Notes: generated from the letters alone by a model not told the origin. A DNA stretch of 64,000 nt from a virus (IMGVR_UViG_3300047160_014082:19028-83027); one strand, 5' to 3'; shown: positions 29,273-39,383, counted from the stretch's first letter. Made by a program: numbers and translations.

Positions 29273-29965
29273 ATGCCGCTGTTCACCGATTTGGATACTC
29301 TGAAGATCTATTTAGAAATAGATCCGGACAACACGGAAGAGGACGCCAAGCTGACGTTCATCAATACCTGCGCCGCTAACTTGATCGAAGAGTATCTAGG
29401 CCGGCAGAACTCGGGCATTTTTTACAATCATCATGTGGATTTTTACAACGGTACAGGTACGCAAAAACTAGTGTTGCGTAGCCGGCCCGTATACACCGTG
29501 CCCACCATTCAGGTATGGATTGATGAGGGGGGATTGTGGGGGCAGGCACCCAACAGCTTCGACAACAACCCCCAGCCCAATCAACTGGTATTCGGCACGG
29601 ACTTCGCGTTGTGGGTGGATCAGGATGATGGTAGTTCTCGGCGCGCCATCTTGATCCGCAACAACGACTACTGGCCCCGCCCGGTGGTACGTACGGTCGG
29701 GCTCTTATCGAGCTATCTGGGAACAGGCTACGGCACCATCAAGGTCGATTACTATGCGGGCTGGACCCCGGACCAATTGCCGGCCTCGTTCCAGATGGGG
29801 GTGACCCAACTGATTTCAACCATGCGCAACCTGTTCCCCCTGGGGGAACCCCTGAGCAGCGAAAGTTACGAGGAACGGGCCATTAGTTACCTCAAGCAAC
29901 ACAAAGCCGCCCTGACAGGCTTTATGAAACAAACCTTGTTCAACTTTCGTAATTGGCACTTTTGA
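29273..29965 (+). CDS. Head-tail adaptor (gp6/gp15-like)
   Basis: LKIYL...EDAKL..I..A..LIEEYLGR; IKVDYYAGW...LPASFQMGV. Confidence 0.75.
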   Translation: MPLFTDLDTLKIYLEIDPDNTEEDAKLTFINTCAANLIEEYLGRQNSGIFYNHHVDFYNGTGTQKLVLRSRPVYTVPTIQVWIDEGGLWGQAPNSFDNNPQPNQLVFGTDFALWVDQDDGSSRRAILIRNNDYWPRPVVRTVGLLSSYLGTGYGTIKVDYYAGWTPDQLPASFQMGVTQLISTMRNLFPLGEPLSSESYEERAISYLKQHKAALTGFMKQTLFNFRNWHF

Positions 29966-29966
29966 C

Positions 29967-30191
29967 ATGGCTATACTAGCAGGCTCAGAACGGGCAACGG
30001 AGGTTTTTAATCATGGTTGTGACGCTCGGATTCAGGGGGTGGCGTATCGGGCTAATCCGTACTCGGTAGTTTGGCAGCGTACGGATCACAACAACTGGAA
30101 TCGGGGTTGGCTAGATGTTCATGCGTACTGGGGCAAATGGGTGCGAGGACGTTGGCCATTGTGGCGCCTGCCGCTAGTTAGGGAGCCTTGA
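29967..30191 (+). CDS. Hypothetical protein
   Basis: Tight spacing within the neck module. Confidence 0.45.
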   Translation: MAILAGSERATEVFNHGCDARIQGVAYRANPYSVVWQRTDHNNWNRGWLDVHAYWGKWVRGRWPLWRLPLVREP

Positions 30192-30194
30192 GCA

Positions 30195-30626
30195 ATGCCG
30201 CTGAACCGGCGCACAACCACGACGACGGCCTACCGCACGGTGTATGCGGGCATTACCCAGTCCATCTTTCTGCTCAAGCGTGGCAACGATCAGTTCCAAG
30301 GCCAAGTGGTGCAATATAAGCTGTTCAATTGCCGGATTTCCAGGCAGAACAAGACGGGTGAGACAGTCCAGCGCGATATGACGGTTAGCCATCGGGCCAT
30401 CTGGCACATCCCGAAGAAAGAGCTACTGCGCTTTGGTATTCACTACCTCAACGCTCTGGATCGTATCGTGCAGATCCAGGGGGATGAAGCCGGTTTTACC
30501 TGGCAACCGGAAGGCACCACGGATATCGAGGTCAAGCTTTTTGGCAACGAAGTGGATTTGCACTGTCTGCGGGTAGATCCGTTCAGCTTGGGGGATCCTA
30601 GCAACGGCCCGGGAGCAAACCTGTAG
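30195..30626 (+). CDS. Putative head-closure/neck protein
   Basis: Position after the adaptor; size and beta-rich pattern. Confidence 0.5.
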   Translation: MPLNRRTTTTTAYRTVYAGITQSIFLLKRGNDQFQGQVVQYKLFNCRISRQNKTGETVQRDMTVSHRAIWHIPKKELLRFGIHYLNALDRIVQIQGDEAGFTWQPEGTTDIEVKLFGNEVDLHCLRVDPFSLGDPSNGPGANL

Positions 30627-30649
30627 TTTGAGAAGGAGGAGTCTGGCCC

Positions 30650-31283
30650 ATGGCCAGAGACTTTCATAATCCCCGGTGAGGCCCTCATCAAGGTCGCTTT
30701 CGGCGCCCATGTGCCGCCGACCGCATCGGGCTTGACCAACAAGGTCGAGCTGGGATTGTGCCTGCATGAAGTCCACGTCGGCTTGCAGTTCAAGCACAAG
30801 GAACTCAGTTGTGATGATTTCGGCCCAACCATCCCAGCCGAAGTTATGTACAACCTGGCCAGCGCTACCATCGCGCTGCGTTTGTGTCATTGGGACATTA
30901 GCGTAGTCAACCGCTGTTGGTCGGAAGCTTGCGGGGGCAACGCCTTCCCGGGTGACGTATTGGGCATGAATGGTGTGCTTCAGAATGCCGGCACCTTGCC
31001 CCCTAATGGCTTGACTCTGGGGCGCGGACGACAGCCGATGGCGAGTGGCAATCATTACGTGAGCCTCAATATTCTGTCGCCACAGTTGCAATATCCATTT
31101 CGTTTTCCGTTTACCTACATCACGGGTGATCCTCCTTCAGTATGGCCGATGGGAACGGAGAAAAGCATTCTCGATGTTACTTTCCGGGCGATACCCTACG
31201 TGCCGCCCTTGACCCCCGGTGGTACGCCACAAGAGCTGTCTAGCTCTGGGGCTGTGCTCTGGGGTTATATCGAAGATATGTAG
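30650..31283 (+). CDS. Tail tube-like protein 1; needs a +1 frameshift at 30662-30665 (or carries a 1-nt insertion)
   Basis: AGGAGGAG then ATG 30650 reads MARDF then stops at 30679. The +1 frame continues IIPGEALIKV, matching paralog MPRDFQITGESLVLV. Shared C-terminal motif MG.EK.IL..T.RAIPY. Confidence 0.6.
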
Positions 31284-31293
31284 GAGGTGAATT

Positions 31294-31896
31294 GTGCCTC
31301 GTGATTTTCAAATTACAGGTGAGTCGCTGGTGCTGGTCAAGGGAGCGGTTGATACAGCCTTTCCGACCTTGACGCAGCTTGGGCTGCCCTTCGACCGTAT
31401 CAACGTTCAGGTCCAGTACAAGAACCGGGACATGAATCTGGACGCCTGGGGTGGTGAGGTCCCTCCGGATACTCAGATCATGCTGGCCATGGCCATAATC
31501 CGGATTAACTTGATCCATTTTGACCCGGCGGTGCTGGCCGAGTGTAGTCGTCTGGCCATGGGTGGAGGTAACGTGTATGGGGCTGTCGGTCGAGCCGGTA
31601 CACGTATGGGCGGGCCAGTGGGGGGTCTGGCCCAGCCCCGCTTTGGCGCCGGCAACAAGTATGTCGGGCTCAACATCGCTGTACCTACCGCGGTCCAGGT
31701 TGGCACCAGCCAGCCTTATTGCTTCCTGTACAGTCAATTGATCGACGCCATCGAAATGCCCTTGGGGGTGGAAAAGCAAATCCTCAGTACAACCTGGCGG
31801 GCCATCCCATACACAACCGATCCGGCCGGTATTGTTAACGGCGTCGTTACGGGCGCCACCAACGCTCTCATCTGGACGAACGTTTTGGACACCTAA
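31294..31896 (+). CDS. Tail tube-like protein 2
   Basis: Paralog of 30650-31283; AGGAGG RBS; directly upstream of the frameshifted chaperone. Confidence 0.6.
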   Translation: MPRDFQITGESLVLVKGAVDTAFPTLTQLGLPFDRINVQVQYKNRDMNLDAWGGEVPPDTQIMLAMAIIRINLIHFDPAVLAECSRLAMGGGNVYGAVGRAGTRMGGPVGGLAQPRFGAGNKYVGLNIAVPTAVQVGTSQPYCFLYSQLIDAIEMPLGVEKQILSTTWRAIPYTTDPAGIVNGVVTGATNALIWTNVLDT

Positions 31897-31907
31897 GAAG
31901 AGTACCT

Positions 31908-32480
31908 ATGATATCTGAAATTATAAGGTGGTTTTCTGGCAAGCCCCCTGAAGGCGTATTTGTCCCAAGTCAGCGGGAAATTTACTACTATTGGGATGGG
32001 GTGAAGTCTCGACGGGCAGACCCGCTAGTGCTATATCGTCGCTTCATGGAGGTTGGTCCGGAGTTGCAAGCCGATGCTAAGCTGGCCAAGAGTATGAGCA
32101 AGGATAAGCTCAAGGGCCTGGAAGGTGTGATGAAGAAGATTCGTTATGTCTTCAACCTAGATCCGCTGGGGCAGGACAATGGCCTGGAAGACCTGGCCTG
32201 TCTGGAATTGCTCGATCACTTCCTGGATTGGGCGGGGGTGGTAAAAAAAAATTCGAAGAATACGCCGATGTCTGCGATGGCGACCCCGGACGTTACCAAA
32301 CCCTCGCCGGACGTCCCATTACCTACCTCGAATATTTTGGAATCTGGCTCAACCGCCGGCGCATCCAGCACCGCCGCGCCGGCCCCGTCCTCTACGCCAT
32401 CAACGCCGGACTTGGGCTCATCGAACCAAGCGATGAATTCTGGAACGCCAACAGCGACGGCCTTGGAGAAGCCCTCTTAG
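31908..32480 (+). CDS. Tail assembly chaperone (gpG-like)
   Basis: Between tube and tape measure genes; A9 slippery run at 32243-32251 followed by KN.S. Confidence 0.75.
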   Translation: MISEIIRWFSGKPPEGVFVPSQREIYYYWDGVKSRRADPLVLYRRFMEVGPELQADAKLAKSMSKDKLKGLEGVMKKIRYVFNLDPLGQDNGLEDLACLELLDHFLDWAGVVKKNSKNTPMSAMATPDVTKPSPDVPLPTSNILESGSTAGASSTAAPAPSSTPSTPDLGSSNQAMNSGTPTATALEKPS

Positions 32481-32533
32481 CCAAGGCGATATTCACCCAG
32501 GCCCACCGGAGCAAGGCGGACACCAATGCCTAG
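32243..32533 (+). CDS. -1 frameshift extension of the tail chaperone (gpGT-like)
   Basis: -1 frame open from A AAA AAA (KKKFEEYADVC...) to 32533, overlapping the tape measure start. Confidence 0.7.
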   Translation, partial: KKKFEEYADVCDGDPGRYQTLAGRPITYLEYFGIWLNRRRIQHRRAGPVLYAINAGLGLIEPSDEFWNANSDGLGEALLAKAIFTQAHRSKADTNA

Positions 32534-33755
32534 TTCTACCCCCGAACAAGATCGCTTTGATCAGGCCCTGCGCCGCCTGGAATCGCGTCTCAATGATTTG
32601 CTGCCAGCTTATGGTGTTTATGGGACCGCGGCTCCAGCCATGGCCTACCCTACGGATGAGGCAGAGGCCAGCAAGTTCGCGGATCAGTTGGAGCGCGCTC
32701 TTAGTAGCATCGGCCAGCGCATGGCGCGGGGATCAGATGTAACCCAGCCCCGGCCGCTGGAACCAGTTGCCGAAGATCGTCTTGGCCAGCAACTAGCACA
32801 GATTATGGGGGGAGCCCTATCGAGCCGGCTGGAAACTGCGGTAAGCCAGCGGGCCGGAGAACGACAGGCACCAGGGGTGCCCCTGGGACCTGGTGAGGAT
32901 TGCTGCGAGCGCTTGCTGGAACAGTTTCGTGAGCTGATCAATCGGGTAGCTCAGATTGATCAGCATGTGATGAACATAACGGGGCGTGGGGGCAGGGAAA
33001 AGCCGGAGAAAGCAGAATCGGATCCTCTTGGCATTTTCCGAGACTTTGTAGAGAAAAAGTTTCCTGTGTGGTTGCAAAAAGCTACGGAGGATGCTGTAAG
33101 AATCTTCCCAGCTATGGCACGAGGTTTCAAAGGTCCGGCCGGGGGTCTGCTACAAAGCGAACGCTTTGGCCATATCGTGGGAGGGGTTGGCGGGATTGGT
33201 GAAGCAGCGGGAGCGATGATTCCCGGACCGGCCGGAGTTGGGATCGAGACCGCTGGTAAGCTCGTGCGGGTGATGGGAGAAGCGTTAGAGAAGCTCCGCG
33301 ACTTCGCCGAAGGATTACATCAAGCCAACATGCGCTTTGCTCGCATATCCCCATCTATGTCGGTCGTGCAAGCTGAACATCAGATGCGCCAGATGTTACT
33401 GGATTTCCAACGGGGCCAACGCCGAGCCGAGCCGGCCCGGGATCTGAGCGCCGCTCTGGATCGTCTCAACGCTCGTCTAGCAGTATTTGAGGACTTCTGG
33501 GCTAATGCTAAGGCTAAAGCTGCAACCATCGGCCTGGGCATTGCTGATGTTATGGTCCAGAACCTGACCCCTGCATTCATGGGAATTATTCAATCGAATG
33601 GTTTGTTGTTAGCGGCCATGAATAAGCTTGCCGATATATTCGGGAAGGGGAAAGCTCAGGGGCCTATGAATGCGCAGACTGCGGGGGAATGGGCCGAAGC
33701 GCTTGGGGGTGGCCCTTGGTTCCAGGCTCATGGACGGCCGCCGTGGATGAAATAG
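32526..33755 (+). CDS. Putative short tape measure protein
   Basis: Follows the G/GT pair; Ala/Gly-rich helical composition. Confidence 0.6.
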   Translation: MPSSTPEQDRFDQALRRLESRLNDLLPAYGVYGTAAPAMAYPTDEAEASKFADQLERALSSIGQRMARGSDVTQPRPLEPVAEDRLGQQLAQIMGGALSSRLETAVSQRAGERQAPGVPLGPGEDCCERLLEQFRELINRVAQIDQHVMNITGRGGREKPEKAESDPLGIFRDFVEKKFPVWLQKATEDAVRIFPAMARGFKGPAGGLLQSERFGHIVGGVGGIGEAAGAMIPGPAGVGIETAGKLVRVMGEALEKLRDFAEGLHQANMRFARISPSMSVVQAEHQMRQMLLDFQRGQRRAEPARDLSAALDRLNARLAVFEDFWANAKAKAATIGLGIADVMVQNLTPAFMGIIQSNGLLLAAMNKLADIFGKGKAQGPMNAQTAGEWAEALGGGPWFQAHGRPPWMK

Positions 33756-33765
33756 GGGAGCAACT

Positions 33766-35610
33766 ATGTCGGTAGTAACTTACAATGGGGTGCAGCTTCC
33801 TTACGCCACGACGACTAATTTTGCGCAGGCGACTCGAAAGGATGGCTCTGATACAGATTGGCACCTTATTGACTATGACATCCAAGTAACATGCATCATC
33901 AATACCGACTACCTGGTGATGATTGCTAATGACTTGGTAGGTCAAGAGTCTGTGTTCAACCCAGCTAACATTCTCCAGCTACTACGCAAGCGCCTGATGG
34001 TGCATCGCAAAAAGCTGTCCTTCACCTACAATGGCCGGGAACTTGTCACTCTGCCCCAGACCGGTTTACCTGGCACCGTAGATGCCGAGAACGGCCCCAA
34101 ACCGGTCAGTTGCGATTGCTTGGAAATGAACAACCAGACCTGGATTTTGATGTATCACATCAAAGGTGCTTATTGGGAATGTAATACTACTACAGGCCAG
34201 GGGGTCATCCAAAATACTGTTGGCCGGGATGTGCTCTACAACCGTTGGAGCGAAAACGTTACTCTGGACGAAAACCAGATGAGCCGGCGTGTCCGAGAAG
34301 GCATTTACGTTATCCGTAGTGATAATGTACATGGCAGCATTGCCGACTCTTACCGTAGCGATTTTGCTGTGGTTGGGGTGCCTATTGGCTGGATCCGGGT
34401 GAGTAGTTATTATGCGATCGATCCGGATGGCCTGAAGCTGCGCTATCGGGTAGAAGACCGGGAAGTTTACTTAACTCCCCCGTCTCCAGCTTTCACTGCA
34501 CGCGGGAACTATTCGGAGACCAGCGCTCCTTATAATGGCCAGCCGATGCGTCTTATTCAGTGCAATGTGGAAATGACCGCGGATAAGCTTACCAGCAAGG
34601 TGCAATTGTTTAATACGTGCGTTGGCGTAGCCATTAGTAAGGTGATTGCCGCACTTAATCCCAATGAAACTTTTATTCCCGTATCGGCCCGAGTTAGCAC
34701 TGAGCTGTACGAAAACAAGGTCGATTGTGCTATTGAAGCATTGTCACCACCCCTACCCGGATCCAGCGATGGCTCTAATCAGGGCAAAGGTATCTATACG
34801 GCGTTGTGGGGCTTTTCGCGTTGGGCAAACTTTGCAACTACCCCCGGTGCCGGAAGTCAGGGAGACGGTTTCCAGCCCCCCGGCTATTTTGATCGTGGTT
34901 CTGCTGGTGTGTTGCTCCAGGCTGCCGCTTACAACGATCCTTGCTTACAAGCCACCCTAGACGGCACAACCGGGCAGATGCTAAAGGGACTAGCTCCGGG
35001 ACAAGCAGGCCAGCAGCTGGAAACCTCCGCTTCTACAACTACGGGTATGCCGCAACAGGTTTTGTTCCACGGTACGGAAAATCAGGAATTCACTCTGGCA
35101 TCGGTGTTAATTACTCCTATTGATTACACCAACTTCAATGCGCGTTACCAGCCGCATTCGCCTGATCTGAGCTTCTTCACCGAATACTATGTGGAGAACG
35201 AGTATGAAAATGACCAGCATAAATACATGGGGGGCCTGACGTCACCTAGTGGCTTCAACGGCAGCACCGTAGCTTTCGTGCAGTTAGCCATGCCAACTAC
35301 TCTACTAGTCAGCAAGTGGACGGCGCTAAAGGCTCTGAACCAACCTGAGTATCCTACTTACCAGATAAGTGATGGTTCTCCTTGGCTGATACTGGATGCC
35401 TGGTTTACGCCTGCCAGCATGACAACCGGCTCTGACGGTACCACGGTGTTGTATCGTTTGTCTGGTGTGTACATTTTCGGGGCCAAGAACCCCAGCGCCC
35501 AGATAACTAATGATATGAATTTCCCACGTCCGGCGTGGCTCAATCCAGCGGGTGTAGATCGTACCTTGCCTGCAACCAAGCAAATACCTGATTTGATATT
35601 TAGTAGCTAG
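33766..35610 (+). CDS. Tail tip/baseplate structural protein
   Basis: Position after the tape measure; aromatic/beta-rich. Confidence 0.55.
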   Translation: MSVVTYNGVQLPYATTTNFAQATRKDGSDTDWHLIDYDIQVTCIINTDYLVMIANDLVGQESVFNPANILQLLRKRLMVHRKKLSFTYNGRELVTLPQTGLPGTVDAENGPKPVSCDCLEMNNQTWILMYHIKGAYWECNTTTGQGVIQNTVGRDVLYNRWSENVTLDENQMSRRVREGIYVIRSDNVHGSIADSYRSDFAVVGVPIGWIRVSSYYAIDPDGLKLRYRVEDREVYLTPPSPAFTARGNYSETSAPYNGQPMRLIQCNVEMTADKLTSKVQLFNTCVGVAISKVIAALNPNETFIPVSARVSTELYENKVDCAIEALSPPLPGSSDGSNQGKGIYTALWGFSRWANFATTPGAGSQGDGFQPPGYFDRGSAGVLLQAAAYNDPCLQATLDGTTGQMLKGLAPGQAGQQLETSASTTTGMPQQVLFHGTENQEFTLASVLITPIDYTNFNARYQPHSPDLSFFTEYYVENEYENDQHKYMGGLTSPSGFNGSTVAFVQLAMPTTLLVSKWTALKALNQPEYPTYQISDGSPWLILDAWFTPASMTTGSDGTTVLYRLSGVYIFGAKNPSAQITNDMNFPRPAWLNPAGVDRTLPATKQIPDLIFSS

Positions 35611-35622
35611 GAATCTTCCCCT

Positions 35623-38562
35623 ATGCCGATCATCTGGAACCAAAACACCGCTTTTGAACTCAGCTTTAACGGGATCCCTTTCTTTGCTGATGATGCCAAA
35701 GCCTACCGCATGCCCAGCAAGGTATCGGACTACATAGGCCAAGAACGCTCCCCCGTCCAGCAACAGCAGCCCCTGGAAAACCTGGTCGAAGAATTAGACC
35801 GGCTGCTGCCGTTCCGCTACCTGGACGACTACTATGAGGTGGCGTCCTTCCCCGGCCGTAATCTGGCTGGTATTGCGCGGCAGACTGTCGATGAGTACAA
35901 GCTTAATCCGGAAATCAAAATAGGAGAGTTCTTTTATCCCAATGGTGCTTCGCGCTGGAGCGTGTTTCGTGGCCTGATGACCAGCAGCCAGGTACGGGCG
36001 CTGATCCGCACGACCCAGCTACCGATGACCAGCGGCAGCTATTCGACGTCGGGACAACGAGCCGATTCTTTGGGCAACGTCCCGGGTATCTTCCACATCA
36101 AGGCTCTGCCTCTGATCTTTGCACCCAATACACCGCAAGACGCTCTCGGAGCTGCCCCCTATTCGATCATCACCAATATGTACATGCTGCCGCCGCGGCC
36201 CCTGGCGGAACATGGTGGCAACTTCGATGGCCTGTATCTTATCACCCTGGTTGATGAGCGCTTTTGGTGGCAATTCTCCCCCGTGAGCCTGATGGCTCCT
36301 CAATTTCCGCACGACGCTTTCGATACGCTACTAGCACGCCTGACCATCGGCGAATCGAGCTGGCAACAGATCTTGTTCTCCCTGGCCGAAGCTCTGGGGA
36401 TCTTTCTCTTGCTCGATCCCATCGACCCGGCCTATGTCGTACCGGAGCGGGATTCACCGTTCTGGTGCAACTACGAGAACGCTGCCCAGCTGCTGGACGC
36501 GGTAGCGGCTAATGTCGGCGCCGTGTTCGTCCGGAAATTCAACGGCACCTACATTCTGCGCAGCACAACTCAATCTATTTCCACGGTGCAAACCAACCTG
36601 GCCGAGCTGGGCGGGATTGTCACCAGTGGACTTCAGCGCCTGCGCACGGCCGGCGGGGACTTGTTCTCGCCATCGGGTAGTGCCTTACCCGTGGGGGATC
36701 TGACGACGGCGCGGAACTTTGCCATCCCGGCCAGCGTTACGGTGACCTTTCCGAGCTACGTTTACAACGATGCTCCTGTACCTCACTTCTACAACAAACG
36801 CACCATGCCCCCGGATGCTACCCTCTGGCATCAGGAGAGCTTTGGGGGTGTCTGGCCTCTTACAGTTGGTATCAAGTCTGGGGGGCCGTATGTCTCGGGT
36901 CTAGGCGGGACCGGACCGCAACAATCGGGATGGTTGATTTCCGGAGTGACTGGACTGCCCATTGATTTCTCGGGTGGTTACTCCGTCGTCCTGCGCACCA
37001 CGGCCAAGGCGCTGTTCTCGGGGGAACGGGCTTGTGAGCCGGCTTCGGGCTTGACCCATCTGGACGTCCATCCGGCCAATGAAAGCGGCTTGACTGCTCT
37101 GGCAACGGCCCTGGCAGTCAACTACTACACAACCCAGGTTGCCGTAGCTCTGGACGAAGTATTTCCCGGGACCTTTCTTTGGGATCCGGAGGGCTTTCAC
37201 GATCTGCTTTACACCTACTCACCAAGGCAAAGACTAGCGACGACGCGGGTGATGCGCAGTCAGCCCTGGAATCAGAAAGTAGAAGAGTACCAATACGGCA
37301 CACCCCCCTTTAGCGGCTTCGGGGGCACGGTCAAAGGGGTGGGTGGTCCCTTGCCAGCGCAGAGCTGGACGGACAAGGATCGCCTGAGCGGCACCTACGC
37401 CCAGGGCTCGGGCTTCTGTGCGTCGGGGGGTAGTGGACTGATCTTTACCACATTGGCCAACAACTACTTCTCGGGGACGTTCACCTTCATCTTCGTGGAT
37501 GAAGAGACCGAAGCCATTGCCGTTGCTGCTCAGGACTACTTTCCAACGGGAAATCGCTGGAAAGGCCAGATCCTTAGCAACCTGTACCAGGATATCAGTC
37601 TGGCCATCCAGTACAGCGCTACTATATCGGGCTATTGCAATAGCGGTGTACTGGTCTCGGGGATTGACCTAGGGGATCCGAATATCCAATCTGGATATGT
37701 CATAGAGAATTTGTTGTTTGAGGGCACCAGCGGCGGCCGGAATCTGGTAGGGGGTGCGCAGAATCCTCCCTTCCTGTCCATCTACTGGCGCGGTATCGAC
37801 GGCACCAAGCCCTTCCCGATTCATCACAGCGGTGCCATCCTGACCATGATCAACCCGAACACGATGTACGGGGCCAACGTGGTCAAACACGGCAAGATGC
37901 AATACTCGTTCCCGGACGATTGGACCGCGGGCGGCGCCAAGGCGGTGCATGTCGTGCCGCAAATGCAGACTGTGCGCGTCCATAGCGAAAGTGGCATTTA
38001 CATCAACAACCTGCGTCACTACTCGGGGGCCGTATATGCCTACGATACCGCCCAGCGTAGCAGGAACATGTCCGGCCTGTTCACCAGCGGCATAAGTCCT
38101 GTATCTGGCTGGCAAGGCTTATCTGGACAAGTCTACGGAACCGATCCGCATGTTAGCGGCCTGCCCAAACAAGAGCCCTGTTGGATCGTGGAGCGCAACA
38201 ACTACCCGCTGACGTCGGGGATCTATTATGATGGTCAGCTCGTGGGCTATAGCGCCAAGTTCTCGGGGATTCTGGCTTCCGACGAGAGTGGGGGAGCTGT
38301 CTTCCCAGGCACAAATACCCAGGTCGGCAGCGGTAACTATGTGCCTGGCACGGCCATATCGGGCACGGCCCCTGTCTACCTGGTCAACTGGGATCCCCCC
38401 GAAGTGCAGATGGTGCGCATTGTCGGCCCGGGGGATTTTGGCTTTCTGGATGCTTACGTACAAAAGCCAAAGGTCGATCCCGTTACGGGCATCTGGAACG
38501 GTACTGATTGGGTGGATGTGGAACGAATTCTCTTCCAGGATGCGAACTTCACTGGTGGGTAG
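35623..38562 (+). CDS. Large tail/baseplate protein, SG-rich
   Basis: 979 aa; about 36 SG dipeptides; tail module position. Confidence 0.55.
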   Translation: MPIIWNQNTAFELSFNGIPFFADDAKAYRMPSKVSDYIGQERSPVQQQQPLENLVEELDRLLPFRYLDDYYEVASFPGRNLAGIARQTVDEYKLNPEIKIGEFFYPNGASRWSVFRGLMTSSQVRALIRTTQLPMTSGSYSTSGQRADSLGNVPGIFHIKALPLIFAPNTPQDALGAAPYSIITNMYMLPPRPLAEHGGNFDGLYLITLVDERFWWQFSPVSLMAPQFPHDAFDTLLARLTIGESSWQQILFSLAEALGIFLLLDPIDPAYVVPERDSPFWCNYENAAQLLDAVAANVGAVFVRKFNGTYILRSTTQSISTVQTNLAELGGIVTSGLQRLRTAGGDLFSPSGSALPVGDLTTARNFAIPASVTVTFPSYVYNDAPVPHFYNKRTMPPDATLWHQESFGGVWPLTVGIKSGGPYVSGLGGTGPQQSGWLISGVTGLPIDFSGGYSVVLRTTAKALFSGERACEPASGLTHLDVHPANESGLTALATALAVNYYTTQVAVALDEVFPGTFLWDPEGFHDLLYTYSPRQRLATTRVMRSQPWNQKVEEYQYGTPPFSGFGGTVKGVGGPLPAQSWTDKDRLSGTYAQGSGFCASGGSGLIFTTLANNYFSGTFTFIFVDEETEAIAVAAQDYFPTGNRWKGQILSNLYQDISLAIQYSATISGYCNSGVLVSGIDLGDPNIQSGYVIENLLFEGTSGGRNLVGGAQNPPFLSIYWRGIDGTKPFPIHHSGAILTMINPNTMYGANVVKHGKMQYSFPDDWTAGGAKAVHVVPQMQTVRVHSESGIYINNLRHYSGAVYAYDTAQRSRNMSGLFTSGISPVSGWQGLSGQVYGTDPHVSGLPKQEPCWIVERNNYPLTSGIYYDGQLVGYSAKFSGILASDESGGAVFPGTNTQVGSGNYVPGTAISGTAPVYLVNWDPPEVQMVRIVGPGDFGFLDAYVQKPKVDPVTGIWNGTDWVDVERILFQDANFTGG

Positions 38563-38567
38563 CTTCT

Positions 38568-39380
38568 ATGACGGTCAACAACGCGCGCTTTCGGGCTATC
38601 CATCATCGGCTTGTAGATCCACGTACCGGGACGCGCATTTTCGTAGCTACCTGTCCGGACGGAATAACGGGACATCGCTTTTTGGCTACCTATCTACGCT
38701 TGTTGGAACCGAGAACCTACAAACGCATATTCTCCACCAACTTTTGCGGCCAGATTGTCAATAGCGAGCGCTTCCTATCGCGCTATTTGATCCGCGATCC
38801 CAAGACCAACAAGCGCATTTTCACCAGCGACTGCTGTCCGGGGGGGACTGGTTCCGGCACGGGCTTTCGTGCCTGTTCCTGTTGTCCGGATCCCAAGCCT
38901 TGCTATCACGTCACCTATAACAGCGCTACCCGTCCAGGAACATTCCCTCCATGTCCTGGCTGTCCCTGCACCGATGGCATGACGCATCAAATTTGCATCT
39001 ACCAGTTTTTGGTGGTAGATAAAGCCCAATGTCAATATGGCCAAGTAGCTCTGGTTTGGCGGGGCTCTGTAGGTGGCATCAATTGCATTCCTGAACAGGG
39101 TCCGAAATGCTTTGGCGCTCAGCTACGCTGCAATTATGTCGTCGGCGGCCCGCATGAGGGTTGTGGCCTGTATGAGTTCAAGGTACGTTGTAAGCCAGAT
39201 GGCGATTGTGGTAACGACAGCATTAGCATGGACTGGAACGACAGTCAGCTCGACAATGGCGTCACGGCTTGTACGTGTGATCCTTTCCATCTGGTGTATG
39301 GTTTCCAGCAAATTACATCAGCCTCAACAGACTGTTGTCTGGCCGAGAATTGTATGGTCACCGCAGACATTGTGAATTGA
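38568..39380 (+). CDS. Cys-rich putative tail fibre/adhesin with triple N-terminal repeat
   Basis: Three (D/E)P(R/K)TxxRIF repeats; more than 20 Cys. Confidence 0.45.
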   Translation: MTVNNARFRAIHHRLVDPRTGTRIFVATCPDGITGHRFLATYLRLLEPRTYKRIFSTNFCGQIVNSERFLSRYLIRDPKTNKRIFTSDCCPGGTGSGTGFRACSCCPDPKPCYHVTYNSATRPGTFPPCPGCPCTDGMTHQICIYQFLVVDKAQCQYGQVALVWRGSVGGINCIPEQGPKCFGAQLRCNYVVGGPHEGCGLYEFKVRCKPDGDCGNDSISMDWNDSQLDNGVTACTCDPFHLVYGFQQITSASTDCCLAENCMVTADIVN

Positions 39381-39383
39381 ACT

